Both the position numbers and the translations under genes were made by a program. From positions 3,616,001 through 3,680,000 of the forward strand of contig OZ220733.1 of the NCBI GenBank assembly GCA_965116875.1: a stretch of DNA of 64,000 nt. Direction: 5' to 3'. Shown one piece after another: positions 17,406-27,445 of the stretch (the first letter of the stretch is position 1; each line of letters opens with the position of its first letter). The notes below the pieces were generated by a model, which made no database searches, was not told where the DNA came from, and saw only the letters and a program-made list of their open reading frames with translations. The DNA is from Candidatus Latescibacterota bacterium. Lineage in GTDB: Bacteria; Latescibacterota; UBA2968; GCA-2709665.

Positions 17406-19391
17406 ATGGAAGATCGTTTCGAGCGATGGAAGCGTTTTCTGCTGCCCCTTCCGCATGAGATCACATTCGAGGGGGACGTTGACTGCCGCCCGGAGGCGGT
17501 TTCGGTTGAGGTGAGACCGGGAGCGGAACCGGCCGAGAAGAACGCGGCAACGATGCTGGAAGCGCTGTGCCTGCCTGCAGCGCAGGACGCTGCACAGGCA
17601 GGCGCCGTGGAGGCGGGGGACGCATCCACAGGCGGCGCATTTGTTATTGCGATCGGTCTGGTGGATGGCGGGCCGGATGCCGACAGGCTGAGAAAGTTGC
17701 CGAATTGCGAGCAGGCATATACGATCCGTCCGGAGGGGCGGCGTCTGGTGCTGGCCGCGTTGTCCGGACGCGGGATCACGTATGCCGCCCGTACCCTTCA
17801 CCAACTCCTTGAACCGGGTTTGTCGCCCGGCAGGATCCGTATTCCGCTTGCATCGGTGACCGATTGGCCGGACCTGGAGGAACGGGGAATGTGGAATTTC
17901 CCCACGCCGGAGGAATGGATCCCCTGGATGGCATCGATGAAGTTGAACTACGGCAAGATGGACTCCACGGAGCTGTCGACGGTGGTGCGCGGGAAGCCCA
18001 ACCACGCCCGGATCAATCGTGCGCTTATGGAAAAGGCGCGACTGCTCGGATTCAACTATGTGCCGCTCATCACCCATCTGAACTTTCTGCATGACCGCGG
18101 CCTGTACCGTGCCTATCCCGAACTGGCGGGCAAGGGCGACGGCGCGCTGGCGGGACGTTATTTCGCCCACAAGGAAGGCAACCGGCATCGGGCGCCGTGC
18201 GCGTCCCATCCCGTTCTGGTGGATATTCTGGAAGAGTGGATGGCGGATATCGCCTCGCAGGGCGCGTCCGAGGTGGGTTGCTGGCTGACCGAACGACCCG
18301 CCCAGTGTGGTTGTGACGACTGTACGGCCCTCGGGCAGTTTGTCCTCGAATCCCGGGCGTTCGTGAATGCCTGGAAGCGTATTCGACCGCGGTTTCCGGA
18401 CTTCGACCTTCGCATTTTTCTGTCCACGACGACGTCCCAGCGGGATTACCGCGTCCTGGCGGAGTTGCCTCCGGAGGTGAAAGTCGGGCGGGCATGCGCT
18501 ACCGAAATGGAACGGGTGCTGCATCTGCCCAGGGATCTCACGGCCAATCCCCTGCTGGATTACCACGCTTCGCAGGGGCGATGGATCGCGAGCTACGACG
18601 TGCCGGTCAATGCCAACGGACGGGTGGAGACCCCCGAATTCAAGGTGCCGCAGTCCTCGCCGCACCGGATCCGGGATTTTGTGGGTCATCTGATTCGACG
18701 GAATTACAGCGGCGCCTTCGGGATGATGGCGTGGGTGACCATGGGCAGGGAGACGTGCGGATACAATGTTGCGGCCCTGGCAGAGTACTCCTGGAACCTG
18801 AACGGGCGCACCGAAAGGGAGTTCGCCATCGCGTGGGCCACGAGGGAAGGGTTCGCAAGCGTCGAGGCGTTTGCGGACTGGTCTGAACTGACAGGCCCCG
18901 TTGCGTTCGACGTCTACGATTCCGACTTTCCGGTCTGCTATTCGTGGGGGAAGGCAGTTGAGATGGTTCGCCGCAAACAACGACCGTATCTCGGCGAGGG
19001 CATGTTCCGGTATTACGAAAGTGAAGCGTCCTTCGAGGAAAAGGCCGACGCATGCCGCCAGGCGATTCAGATTGCGTCTGAATTCGAGAGCCCGGATTGC
19101 GCCAATGAGACCCGCGTCGTCATGACCTACGTGGAACTTGCCCGGCGCGTCTATCTCGTTGCGGAGTCGGTGGCGACGCAAGACCTGGCCGACCCGGTCG
19201 TTCAGGCCGGACTTCAGGCGGCGCTCGAGTCGCTCGAGGCCGCCGGCGAGGCGAACGTCGCCGCGATCCGTCACTGGCGAGGGACGCTTGGGCCCGAGCC
19301 GTGGCATTTTCGGGTCCACGACGCGATTCGAGGCACGGAAGCAACCGTTCGAGAAATCGCCCGGTTCCTGCGCGAACGGTACATCAATTAA
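17406..19391 (+). CDS. Hypothetical protein with GH20 domain-2 (zincin-like) N-terminus; putative glycoside hydrolase
   Basis: LLPLPHEI start, EQAYTI..LVLAA..RGITYAARTLHQL..DWPDLEERG pattern. Confidence 0.55.
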   Translation: MEDRFERWKRFLLPLPHEITFEGDVDCRPEAVSVEVRPGAEPAEKNAATMLEALCLPAAQDAAQAGAVEAGDASTGGAFVIAIGLVDGGPDADRLRKLPNCEQAYTIRPEGRRLVLAALSGRGITYAARTLHQLLEPGLSPGRIRIPLASVTDWPDLEERGMWNFPTPEEWIPWMASMKLNYGKMDSTELSTVVRGKPNHARINRALMEKARLLGFNYVPLITHLNFLHDRGLYRAYPELAGKGDGALAGRYFAHKEGNRHRAPCASHPVLVDILEEWMADIASQGASEVGCWLTERPAQCGCDDCTALGQFVLESRAFVNAWKRIRPRFPDFDLRIFLSTTTSQRDYRVLAELPPEVKVGRACATEMERVLHLPRDLTANPLLDYHASQGRWIASYDVPVNANGRVETPEFKVPQSSPHRIRDFVGHLIRRNYSGAFGMMAWVTMGRETCGYNVAALAEYSWNLNGRTEREFAIAWATREGFASVEAFADWSELTGPVAFDVYDSDFPVCYSWGKAVEMVRRKQRPYLGEGMFRYYESEASFEEKADACRQAIQIASEFESPDCANETRVVMTYVELARRVYLVAESVATQDLADPVVQAGLQAALESLEAAGEANVAAIRHWRGTLGPEPWHFRVHDAIRGTEATVREIARFLRERYIN

Positions 19392-19424
19392 GCGGGTGCA
19401 GACAACACGATTCGGGGAAAGTCG

Positions 19425-20480
19425 ATGCCAATCTTTCCACATCTCAATTTAAGGCAATGCGGATACGCGATATTCGAGGCCGCCGGGCTGCCGGAGGACC
19501 AGGCGCGGACGGTAACGGACCATCTTGTGGACGCGAACCTCGTGGGGCACGACTCTCACGGAATACACCGGATGCCTGGCTACGCGCGCGGCGTCCGGGA
19601 CGGCGCCATCAAGCCGGCCGGAGGCCACAGGGTCGTCCGTGAAACGCCTGTTTCAATGACCATCGACGCTGGAGGCGGGATCGGAATCGCGGTGGCCGGT
19701 CTGGCGATGCGCATGGCGGTCGACCGTGCCGTTGAACACACAATCGGGGCCGTGGCCGTCCATCGTTCAGGCCATATCGGCCGGCTGGGCGAGTTCCCAT
19801 CGATCGCAGCGGAGCGGGACTGTATCGGCATATTGATGTTGAACGGCGGGGGTCGGTTCGCGGCGCCGTTCGGCGGCACGGGCCAGCGGTTGCCTCCCAA
19901 CCCGATCTCGATCGGCGTCCCCACGGGAGACGGGCCGCCGATGACACTGGATATAACCACCTGCATCGTGGCGGGCGGCAAAGTCGACATGTGCCGTATA
20001 CGGGGGCAACCGATGCCCGGAGACTGGATGGTCGACCGGGACGGAAACCCCGTAACCGATCCCGAGGAACTATACTCTGGAAACGCGGCCATGTTGCCTC
20101 TCGGCGGCGCCTATGGCCACAAGGGATACGGCCTGGCGATGATGATCGATGCCATCGCTGGCGGCCTTTCCTGGGCCGGGTGCAGCGCGGAGGCGCCCAC
20201 GCGAGGCGGGAGCGGATATCTGGCGCTTGCAATCAAGATCGAGAGTTTCACCGATGTGGACGACTTCAAGTCAGAGGTGCGGAAGCTGATCGACTGGGTG
20301 AAGTCGTCGCCGACGATGCCGGGAGTGGAGCGGATTTACGTACCGGGAGAAATCGAGACGGAGACCCGGAAGAAGCGGATGTCGGAGGGCGTGTTTCTGG
20401 AGGAGGCGACGTGGCTGGAGATCCGCTCCGTGGCCGAAGAACTTGGCGTGTCGTTGTTGGAAACGGGCGCAGTGGCGTAA
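19425..20480 (+). CDS. Ldh_2 family oxidoreductase (type-2 malate/L-lactate/sulfolactate dehydrogenase-like)
   Basis: ANLVGHDSHG, HIGRLG, APFGG..NPISI, LDI, LPLGG..GHKGYGL, VPGEIE. Confidence 0.9.
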   Translation: MPIFPHLNLRQCGYAIFEAAGLPEDQARTVTDHLVDANLVGHDSHGIHRMPGYARGVRDGAIKPAGGHRVVRETPVSMTIDAGGGIGIAVAGLAMRMAVDRAVEHTIGAVAVHRSGHIGRLGEFPSIAAERDCIGILMLNGGGRFAAPFGGTGQRLPPNPISIGVPTGDGPPMTLDITTCIVAGGKVDMCRIRGQPMPGDWMVDRDGNPVTDPEELYSGNAAMLPLGGAYGHKGYGLAMMIDAIAGGLSWAGCSAEAPTRGGSGYLALAIKIESFTDVDDFKSEVRKLIDWVKSSPTMPGVERIYVPGEIETETRKKRMSEGVFLEEATWLEIRSVAEELGVSLLETGAVA

Positions 20481-20642
20481 GAAGCTGTCTTAAAATTCCC
20501 AGCGGTCTTCGCACGGCTGCAAGAGCGCCGGTCAGCGTTGGTCAAACCCACCCGTATAGACAAATATGGGCGGGTTTTCCCGCCTTGACCGCCACTCTTT
20601 CGCTCGCGCTCGGGAGCTCACCGGTAATTTTAAGACAACTTC
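20481..20642. mobile_element. MITE family B, 162 bp
   Basis: TIRs GAAGCTGTCTTAAAATT / AATTTTAAGACAACTTC (1 mismatch), flanked by TAA on both sides; central hairpin; partial second copy at 34838-34967. Confidence 0.85.
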
Positions 20643-20666
20643 TAAATTTCCCGATGGAGATTTCAT

Positions 20667-23294
20667 ATGCCGGATCGGCCTGGTTCGGTCATCGACTTCT
20701 GTAAGGCGGTCCTGCCGCTGCTGAACGCGAGTACGGACGGCAAACGGGTTCTGGAGGACGTGCGTGCCGTAGTGGCGACGGACCGATGGAACTCGTTTGA
20801 CCGGTTCCGGGAAACCACCGAATATCTGGTGAGCCGCTTCGAAGAATCAGGCGCGAAGGCGGAAGTGCATACCATGCGTACCGGTGGGTCCATCGGATCG
20901 GGGAGATGGATCATCCATAAGGCCGCAGACGTGCGTTCGGCGACCTTGGATGTGATTCATCCGGTAAAGAAGCGCATTCTGGACTATCGGGAGAATCCCT
21001 GGCACGTGATTCAATGGAGCGGCGCCACGCAGCCCGGAGGGATGGAGAGCGAACTGGCTGTCGTGGATTCCAGGGAGGCCCTGAGTCGAGTTTCCCGGGG
21101 CGGGCTGGACGGAAAGACGGTACTCACGCGAATGGACCCGCGCGGAATGTTGCGGTCTTTCGCGGAAGCCGGCGCGGCGGCGGTGGTCACGGATCACCCC
21201 GTGCCGAATCTGCCCAACGCGACCGCATGGACGAAATTCGGATGGGGAGGCGTACCGATTCAGGACGCGGCTGTTCAGATGGTGGGCCTGGTCCTGTCCG
21301 AAAACCAGGGCAAACGGCTGCGCGGGCTGTTTGGCAGACACGGCTCGCTGACGGTCCGGACAGACGTGGATATCCGGCATTACGCCGGCACTCACGGTCA
21401 GGTGAGCGGGGTTGTGCCGGGTGCGGCCGACCCGCAGGACGAAGTATGGGCGCTTGCGCACAGCGCGGAGCCGGGCGCGATCGACAACGCATCCGGCGTG
21501 GCGCTGTGCCTCGAGATCGCCCGCGTGCTCGAGCAGCTGATCGCAGCCGGTAAGCTGCCGCGGCCCCGCCGCACCATTCGCCTGATGAGTGCATACGAAT
21601 GTCACGGGTTCTTCAAGTACCTCGAGGATACGCAGCGTCTGCAAACCCCTCTTGCGGGCGTCGTGATCGATTCGGTGGGAAGCAAACCGTCTGTCTGCGG
21701 CGGCCGGATCGAATGGCATGCCACGATTCCGATGTCGGCCGGCTTCGTGGACAGGCTGGGCGAGACGATTCTGACGGAAACGCTCCGGCTGCGGAATCCC
21801 GGATATCGTCTGCATTTGGAGCCGTTTCAACCCACGTCCGATACGCTGATCGGCGATCCGAAATATGGGTTTCCGTGTCCCTGGCTCACCACGCATCACC
21901 ACAAGCCCGGGCGGGGGTTCGACGCGTACCACTCATCCGCGGATACGCCGGACCTGTTGAGTACAAGGGGGCTGGCTGCCTGCGCGACGGCCATGACGGG
22001 TTATCTGTACTGGCTGGCGGACGCGGGCACAGCGGAGATTGAGGACGTCGCCGCCGCGGAGACCGCACGGACGGTCGGGCGGTTGACAAGGGGGAACCCA
22101 TCGGTCGCGCAGGTCGACTACGAACGCGAGCAGCACCGGGTCATCCTGGAGAAACTTGAACGCTGGATGTGGGGCGGGCGGCGGCGGGACCTCCTGGCCG
22201 GGTTCGCCAGCCACGAGCGGGAGGTGAGGGAAGCCGCCCGGAGCGCGTCAAAAGGCAAAAGAAGAACGCGTCGCAGGCGCGTTGAAGGCGGAGACCGGAT
22301 ACCGAGGCGTACCCGTTTGCTGTCACCCATAGGTGAGAATACGCCGCCCGGGATCGCCGGCCGGATCGGCGGGACGGGGCTATCGCCCTGGGCGCTGTTC
22401 TGGGCGGACGGCAGCCGTACGCTGCACGAGATCGCGCAGGCCGTAGCGAGCGAAACCGGGAGCACGGTCAGGACGGAGCACGCAATCGAATATTTCGAAG
22501 CCCACAGTGAATTGGGATACGTGGAACTTATCGACGAATCGGAGCGGGTGACGCGCGAGGGCCTGATGAAGGACCTTGACGCGCTGGGCCTCGCCAGGGG
22601 CATGGACGTCATGGTGCACAGTTCCCTGTCATCGATCGGACACGTGGTGGGCGGCGCGGATACCGTAATCGAATCGCTGCTGGCGGTGATCGGAAAGCGC
22701 GGCACCCTGATGATGCCGTCGTTCAATCACCGGGCCGCACAGGTGTACAATCCGATGACAACGCCGACGACCAACGGAGCGATCCCTGATGCGTTCTGGC
22801 GGCGCCCGGACGCGGTCAGAAGCGACCATCCCACGCACGCCGTGGCTGCCGTGGGGCCGCGGGCCGAAGCCTATTGCAGGGACCACGGCAAAAAGGGACT
22901 CTGGACGCCTGACAGCCCGATCGGCCGGCTCGTACACGGAAACGGACACATCGTCCTGCTCGGTGTCGACCACAACGCCACAACCGCTTACCACGTGGCG
23001 GAGTTATCCGTGCCCTGCGGCTGCATCGACCCGTTCGGGAATACCTATCGAGTCGTATCGGCCGATGGCAACGTGCGCAGGGTCCGGGGGCTGGCGTTCA
23101 GATCGGCGCTGTGTCCGGTGCCGCCGGGAAAGCTGAACAGGGCTCTGGATCGCAGGGGGAAGCAACGCCGCGGAAAAGTGGGTAAGGCCGATTCGATCTT
23201 CGTCCCGGCAATAGAGGTCTGGAAGGCGCGGCGGGACCATCTCCGGCGCGTATGTCCGACGTGTGACATCAAGCCCGCTATCGTGGCGCCATAG
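20667..23294 (+). CDS. Fusion protein: M28/DUF4910-like peptidase plus C-terminal AAC(3)-family N-acetyltransferase
   Basis: N-part AHSAEPGAIDNASG, YE, YHSSADT; C-part LGLARGMDVMVHSSLSSIG.VVGGA, GTLMMP, RSDHPTH, LLGV..TAYHVAE; one uninterrupted 875-aa ORF. Confidence 0.8.
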   Translation: MPDRPGSVIDFCKAVLPLLNASTDGKRVLEDVRAVVATDRWNSFDRFRETTEYLVSRFEESGAKAEVHTMRTGGSIGSGRWIIHKAADVRSATLDVIHPVKKRILDYRENPWHVIQWSGATQPGGMESELAVVDSREALSRVSRGGLDGKTVLTRMDPRGMLRSFAEAGAAAVVTDHPVPNLPNATAWTKFGWGGVPIQDAAVQMVGLVLSENQGKRLRGLFGRHGSLTVRTDVDIRHYAGTHGQVSGVVPGAADPQDEVWALAHSAEPGAIDNASGVALCLEIARVLEQLIAAGKLPRPRRTIRLMSAYECHGFFKYLEDTQRLQTPLAGVVIDSVGSKPSVCGGRIEWHATIPMSAGFVDRLGETILTETLRLRNPGYRLHLEPFQPTSDTLIGDPKYGFPCPWLTTHHHKPGRGFDAYHSSADTPDLLSTRGLAACATAMTGYLYWLADAGTAEIEDVAAAETARTVGRLTRGNPSVAQVDYEREQHRVILEKLERWMWGGRRRDLLAGFASHEREVREAARSASKGKRRTRRRRVEGGDRIPRRTRLLSPIGENTPPGIAGRIGGTGLSPWALFWADGSRTLHEIAQAVASETGSTVRTEHAIEYFEAHSELGYVELIDESERVTREGLMKDLDALGLARGMDVMVHSSLSSIGHVVGGADTVIESLLAVIGKRGTLMMPSFNHRAAQVYNPMTTPTTNGAIPDAFWRRPDAVRSDHPTHAVAAVGPRAEAYCRDHGKKGLWTPDSPIGRLVHGNGHIVLLGVDHNATTAYHVAELSVPCGCIDPFGNTYRVVSADGNVRRVRGLAFRSALCPVPPGKLNRALDRRGKQRRGKVGKADSIFVPAIEVWKARRDHLRRVCPTCDIKPAIVAP

Positions 23295-23329
23295 GCGGAC
23301 ATCCCCACACCTGGAGAGAGTAGAACGCC

Positions 23330-24625
23330 ATGAATACGGCGCGATCCGCAGCGCTCTTCGATTCGAGTTCTCGCTACCTCGCGATGGGTGTGTCATCCGG
23401 GATGAGACGCGCCGTGACCTCTCCGCCGCTTTTCTTCGAGCGGGCTGACGGGCCATATTACCACGACGTGGACGGGAACCGATTGCTGGACTACACACTG
23501 GCGTGGGGACCGTTGATCCTTGGTTCGAACCACCCGGAGCTGAACGCGGCGGTGACGGCGGCGGTCCGGAGTTCATACACCCTGGGCGCCCAGCATCCGG
23601 GCGAGATCGCGTTCGCAAAGCTGCTGGTGGAAACACTTCCGGGCGTGGACCAGGTGATTTTCTCCAATACGGGTTCCGAAGCCGTTCATGCGGCGCTGCG
23701 GCTTGCCCGCGCGGCCACCGGACGGGCAAAATTCGTCAAATTCGAGGGGCACTATCACGGCTGGTTGAACAATATTCTGGTGAGTTACCACGAATCCGAC
23801 GAAGCGCTTGGCCCTCCGGAGGCGCCCCGGGTCGTGGCCGCGTGCGGCGGGCAGCCTGCGGCGGAGTTCGCGGAGACGGTAACGCTTCCCTGGAACCGTA
23901 TCGACCTGCTGGAAGACCTGTTCGCCAGGAGGGGCGGGGAAATCGCGGCGGTGATCACCGAGCCGGTGCTGGCCAACTCCGGATCGATCATGCCCGGGGA
24001 GGGGTTCCTGAAAGGAATGGTCGACCTGTGCCGGAACTATGGCGCGGTTTCGATATTCGACGAGGTCATCACGGGTTTCCGCCTTGCGCTTGGCGGCGCG
24101 CGGGAATACTTCAACGTCATCCCGGATCTGTCGGTCTACGCAAAAGCCCTCGCCGGCGGCTTTACACTGTCCGCCGTTGCGGGCTCGCGGAGCATGTTCG
24201 ACGCACTCAGAGACGGCGCGACGATCCACGCGGGAACGTACAACGGCAGCACGGTCAATCTGGCCGCGGGGCTTGCGACGGTGAAGATTCTCGGCGCAAA
24301 TCCCCTGGCTTTCCGGCAGATGCATGGGCATGGATACGCGATTCGGCAGGCGATCGAATCGGCCGCGGTTTGCAGGGGAATACCGGTATGCACCTCGGGA
24401 GCAGGTACCGTCTTCAACGTTCACTTTGGCGTGCAGTCTCCACCCGCGCACTATCGGGAACTGAGGAAAACGGATATGGCGCTTTACAACCGGTTCCGGG
24501 CCGGCATGCTGGAGGAGGGTATACAGTTGTTGCCCGATGGCCGCTGGTACGTGGGCCTGACTCACGGCGACGAGGAATTGAACCTGGTGCGTGGGGCGGT
24601 TCGGTCGGTGGTCGCGGGGCTCTAG
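23330..24625 (+). CDS. Class III aminotransferase, glutamate-1-semialdehyde aminomutase-like
   Basis: GVSSGMR, DVDGN..DY..WGPLILG, NTGSEA, KFEGHYHG, FDEVITGFR, PDL..AKALAGG, HAGTYNG. Confidence 0.88.
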   Translation: MNTARSAALFDSSSRYLAMGVSSGMRRAVTSPPLFFERADGPYYHDVDGNRLLDYTLAWGPLILGSNHPELNAAVTAAVRSSYTLGAQHPGEIAFAKLLVETLPGVDQVIFSNTGSEAVHAALRLARAATGRAKFVKFEGHYHGWLNNILVSYHESDEALGPPEAPRVVAACGGQPAAEFAETVTLPWNRIDLLEDLFARRGGEIAAVITEPVLANSGSIMPGEGFLKGMVDLCRNYGAVSIFDEVITGFRLALGGAREYFNVIPDLSVYAKALAGGFTLSAVAGSRSMFDALRDGATIHAGTYNGSTVNLAAGLATVKILGANPLAFRQMHGHGYAIRQAIESAAVCRGIPVCTSGAGTVFNVHFGVQSPPAHYRELRKTDMALYNRFRAGMLEEGIQLLPDGRWYVGLTHGDEELNLVRGAVRSVVAGL

Positions 24626-24663
24626 TCGGCGTTGGGCCAGCAGTATCTGTACGGTCAAAATCC

Positions 24664-24692
24664 TTGACAATGTCGGGGCGTTATGGTAAAAT
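24664..24692 (+). promoter_or_regulatory. Strong sigma70 promoter
   Basis: TTGACA, 17 nt, TAAAAT with extended -10 TG. Confidence 0.8.
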
Positions 24693-24756
24693 CACAAAGA
24701 ATCCCGGAATACCCGTTCGATTCCAGGTTCAGACGGGAGTCTGGAGGAAATTGTCT

Positions 24757-25533
24757 ATGGGGATGGATGACATTCAGCCACTTCTGGATAGCTGGCCCTT
24801 CGAGCCCGACAAACTCTGTGTGAGGCGAATCAAGGGGAAGGACGGCACGGAGAAGATCCAGCTCCGGGTGGAGATGGGTATCCTGCAGATGGAGGTCGCC
24901 GGACGTCCTGACGGGCAGCGTCCTCACGGTTGTGAATCTCTGCTCCACTACTACAAGGAGAAAGCCGGGACGGCGCTGCGGGACTCGAAGTCGTTCAACC
25001 TCGATCCCGATGTCTGCCTTACGCTTCAGGTTGAAGGGCTTCAGTATTACCACCGGCGGATCAGCTTTCTGGAGCTCGGTGAATATCGACTTGCGCAGGA
25101 GGATGCTCAACGAAACCTCGACATGTTCGACTTCGTCAAGGAATTCGCGCGGGAAGAAGAAGACAGCATGGTTCTCGAGCAGTACAGGCCCTTTGTAATC
25201 GGGCATCGCATTCGCGCGGTGGTTCTTCAGGAACTTGAAGCTGAGAATTTCGATCGGGCGCTTCTGGAGATCAACAACGGCATCGAGGAGATCCAGGGCT
25301 TTTACAAAGACTACGACCGGCCCGACCTGGTGGAAGACAGTGAAGAGGTGGTATTTCTGAAGGAGTGGGCGGAGGAGATCCGAAAGGATCGGCCTAGGCC
25401 CCTTTTCCAGGACCTGAAGGAACAACTCAGCGAGGCCGTTGCCATTGAAGATTTCGAACGGGCCGCGCAGCTTCGGGACCAGCTCCAGGCGCTTTCTCCA
25501 GGGGCGGAGAGACAGCCCGGAACCCGCAAATAG
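24757..25533 (+). CDS. Conserved protein with C-terminal UvrB/UvrC (UVR) motif
   Basis: GGAGG SD; IQLRVEMGILQME..GRPDG.RPHG; C-terminal L.EAVAIEDFERAAQLRDQL. Confidence 0.8.
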   Translation: MGMDDIQPLLDSWPFEPDKLCVRRIKGKDGTEKIQLRVEMGILQMEVAGRPDGQRPHGCESLLHYYKEKAGTALRDSKSFNLDPDVCLTLQVEGLQYYHRRISFLELGEYRLAQEDAQRNLDMFDFVKEFAREEEDSMVLEQYRPFVIGHRIRAVVLQELEAENFDRALLEINNGIEEIQGFYKDYDRPDLVEDSEEVVFLKEWAEEIRKDRPRPLFQDLKEQLSEAVAIEDFERAAQLRDQLQALSPGAERQPGTRK

Positions 25534-25581
25534 GGCCGGGCGCCGGGCGCGCCTCTGAGTGCAGGGGAGGAGAACCTTCAA

Positions 25582-26883
25582 TTGGCAGTTCACGAACGTA
25601 TCACGAGGAAGGAGCCGGAACGCGCGATTCTGGTGGGGATGGAGCAGCCGGGCCATACATCCTGGGATGCAATCGACACCCTGAATGAACTTGCGTTGCT
25701 CGCGGATACGGCGGGAGCGCAGGTTGTGGACCGGGTCGTGCAGAAGCGGGATCGCATCGATCCGGCTTTTTTTATCGGTCGGGGAAAGGCTGGGGAACTT
25801 GCGCTCCGCGTGAAGCAACTCAGCGCGCAACTGGTGATTTTCGACGATGACCTGTCGCCCGCCCAGTTCAAGAATCTGGAAGAACTCGCGGGAGTCAACG
25901 TAATCGACAGGAGCCGGCTGATTCTGGACATTTTCGCCGGCAGGGCGAAGACCCGCGAAGCGCAGACACAGGTGGAGTTGGCGCAACTCAACTATCTGCT
26001 GCCGCGTCTGACGCGCCGGTGGACGCATCTGTCGCGCCAGGCCGGTCACGGCGGAACAACCGGCGGAATCGGGACACGCGGGCCGGGCGAGACCCAACTG
26101 GAAGTGGACCGGCGGGCGCTGCGGAGTCGTATCGGGGTACTGTCCAGAGCGCTGAACAGAATCACCCGTCGCCGCGTGCTCGGACGCAAACAGCGAACGG
26201 ATGGGTTTCGTGTCTCCCTCGTGGGCTATACAAATGCAGGAAAGTCAACACTGATGCGCGCACTTTCCGGCGCCGACGTTCTGGTCGAAGACCGCCTGTT
26301 CGCAACGCTGGATTCCACAACCCGCCGGGTTTATCTGGGGTACAATCGTGAGGTCCTGCTGACCGATACGGTCGGCTTCATTCGAAAGCTCCCTCATCAC
26401 CTTGTCGCATCGTTCAGGAGCACCCTCGAAGAGGCCGTGGATGCGGACCTGTTGCTGCATGTTGTCGACGTCAGTCATCCCAGGTGCGAGGATCAGATCG
26501 CGTCGGTGTATGAAACCCTTCAGGGTCTGGGCATTGCGGAGTATCCCACGTTGATGGCTTTCAACAAGATCGACCGGTCTGGCGACCCGGCGATGCAGCG
26601 GCGCCTGCGATCCGCGTTTCCCGATGGCATCTGGGTGTCCGCGCAGGAAGCCCAGGGCCTGGACGAACTTCGATGGGCGATTTACGACCGGCTCGAGGGC
26701 CAGCGAACGGTGATGAATCTGCGCATTCCACAGGCGGAAGGAAAGCTGCTCTCGGAACTGTATCGTGTCGGCGAAATTCTGAATACAGCCTATGAAGGAA
26801 ACGACGTGCTGCTGGAGATTAAACTGAGCCAGCAGAATACACGGCGGCTTCTGCCGGATGGAAGATTTCGGATCAAACGGTAA
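25582..26883 (+). CDS. hflX: GTPase HflX
   Basis: G.GK..EL, DRSRLILDIF, RGPGETQLEVDRR, GYTNAGKST, LFATLD, DTVGFI, NKID. Confidence 0.96.
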   Translation: MAVHERITRKEPERAILVGMEQPGHTSWDAIDTLNELALLADTAGAQVVDRVVQKRDRIDPAFFIGRGKAGELALRVKQLSAQLVIFDDDLSPAQFKNLEELAGVNVIDRSRLILDIFAGRAKTREAQTQVELAQLNYLLPRLTRRWTHLSRQAGHGGTTGGIGTRGPGETQLEVDRRALRSRIGVLSRALNRITRRRVLGRKQRTDGFRVSLVGYTNAGKSTLMRALSGADVLVEDRLFATLDSTTRRVYLGYNREVLLTDTVGFIRKLPHHLVASFRSTLEEAVDADLLLHVVDVSHPRCEDQIASVYETLQGLGIAEYPTLMAFNKIDRSGDPAMQRRLRSAFPDGIWVSAQEAQGLDELRWAIYDRLEGQRTVMNLRIPQAEGKLLSELYRVGEILNTAYEGNDVLLEIKLSQQNTRRLLPDGRFRIKR

Positions 26884-27024
26884 GCTGAAGCTCGGACGGA
26901 TCGCGTACAGGCGGGTTCGACCGACGGAATGCAGCATCGAGGATTGAGTTACAATAAACAGATAGAGGCGTTTGCGGCAGGAAACCGCAAACGCCTCTAT
27001 CTGTTGTTCGGACGCGTGTTGTGT

Positions 27025-27444
27025 TCAGGGCGATGCTTCCTGGGGTTCGCCGGCTCCGACTTCCTCTGTCTCGGCTGCCGGCGAAAACTCGTTGTCGTTA
27101 CCGGCGGTACACTTGCCCCTTATGATGGCGCCTTCTTCGACAACGATCGAACGCGCGGCGATATCTCCGGAAAAAACGGCGCTGGCTTCCAGCTTGACAC
27201 TGCCATCGGCTTCAAGATTTCCCGAGACTTCCCCGCCGATGACCGCGTCTCTTACCCTGAGGATTTCAGCTTCGACCTTTCCGGAAGGCCCGATGACGAG
27301 GGTGCCGGAGGCATGTAACTCGCCCTTGAGGGTCCCGTCCAAACGGATACTCTCTTCGGATTTTACAGAACCTTCCATTACCGTGTCTTTGCCAATCACC
27401 GTTTTGATGGCTTCCTTTTCCAGCTTCTGTTTGAACCCTAACAT
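27025..27444 (-). CDS. Bactofilin (polymer-forming cytoskeletal protein)
   Basis: TVIGKDT..EG, IRLDG.LKGE, LVIG.SG.V, VIGGEVSGN, GDI....VEEGA..GKC. Confidence 0.9.
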   Translation of the reverse strand: MLGFKQKLEKEAIKTVIGKDTVMEGSVKSEESIRLDGTLKGELHASGTLVIGPSGKVEAEILRVRDAVIGGEVSGNLEADGSVKLEASAVFSGDIAARSIVVEEGAIIRGKCTAGNDNEFSPAAETEEVGAGEPQEASP

Positions 27445-27445
27445 T

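Noticed and set aside
17265-19442. 725-aa minus-strand ORF, and similar long antisense or alternate-frame ORFs (724-1977, 24655-26097, 37729-39513, 47637-49262)
   Set aside because: Shadows of real genes in GC-rich DNA; no motifs and Arg/Pro/Gly-biased composition
22540-23294. Aminoglycoside resistance gene
   Set aside because: The AAC(3) fold alone does not imply resistance; it is fused to a peptidase in a metabolic, non-mobile context
23330-24625. Calling the gene hemL
   Set aside because: GVSSGMR instead of GVNSPVR and no tetrapyrrole neighbours; probably a paralogue
23503-25533. 676-aa ORF suggesting a large fusion (likewise 55169-57562, 598-1515, 10653-11792, 46552-47715)
   Set aside because: The N-terminal extensions overlap other genes or repeats; SD, promoter and homology support the later starts
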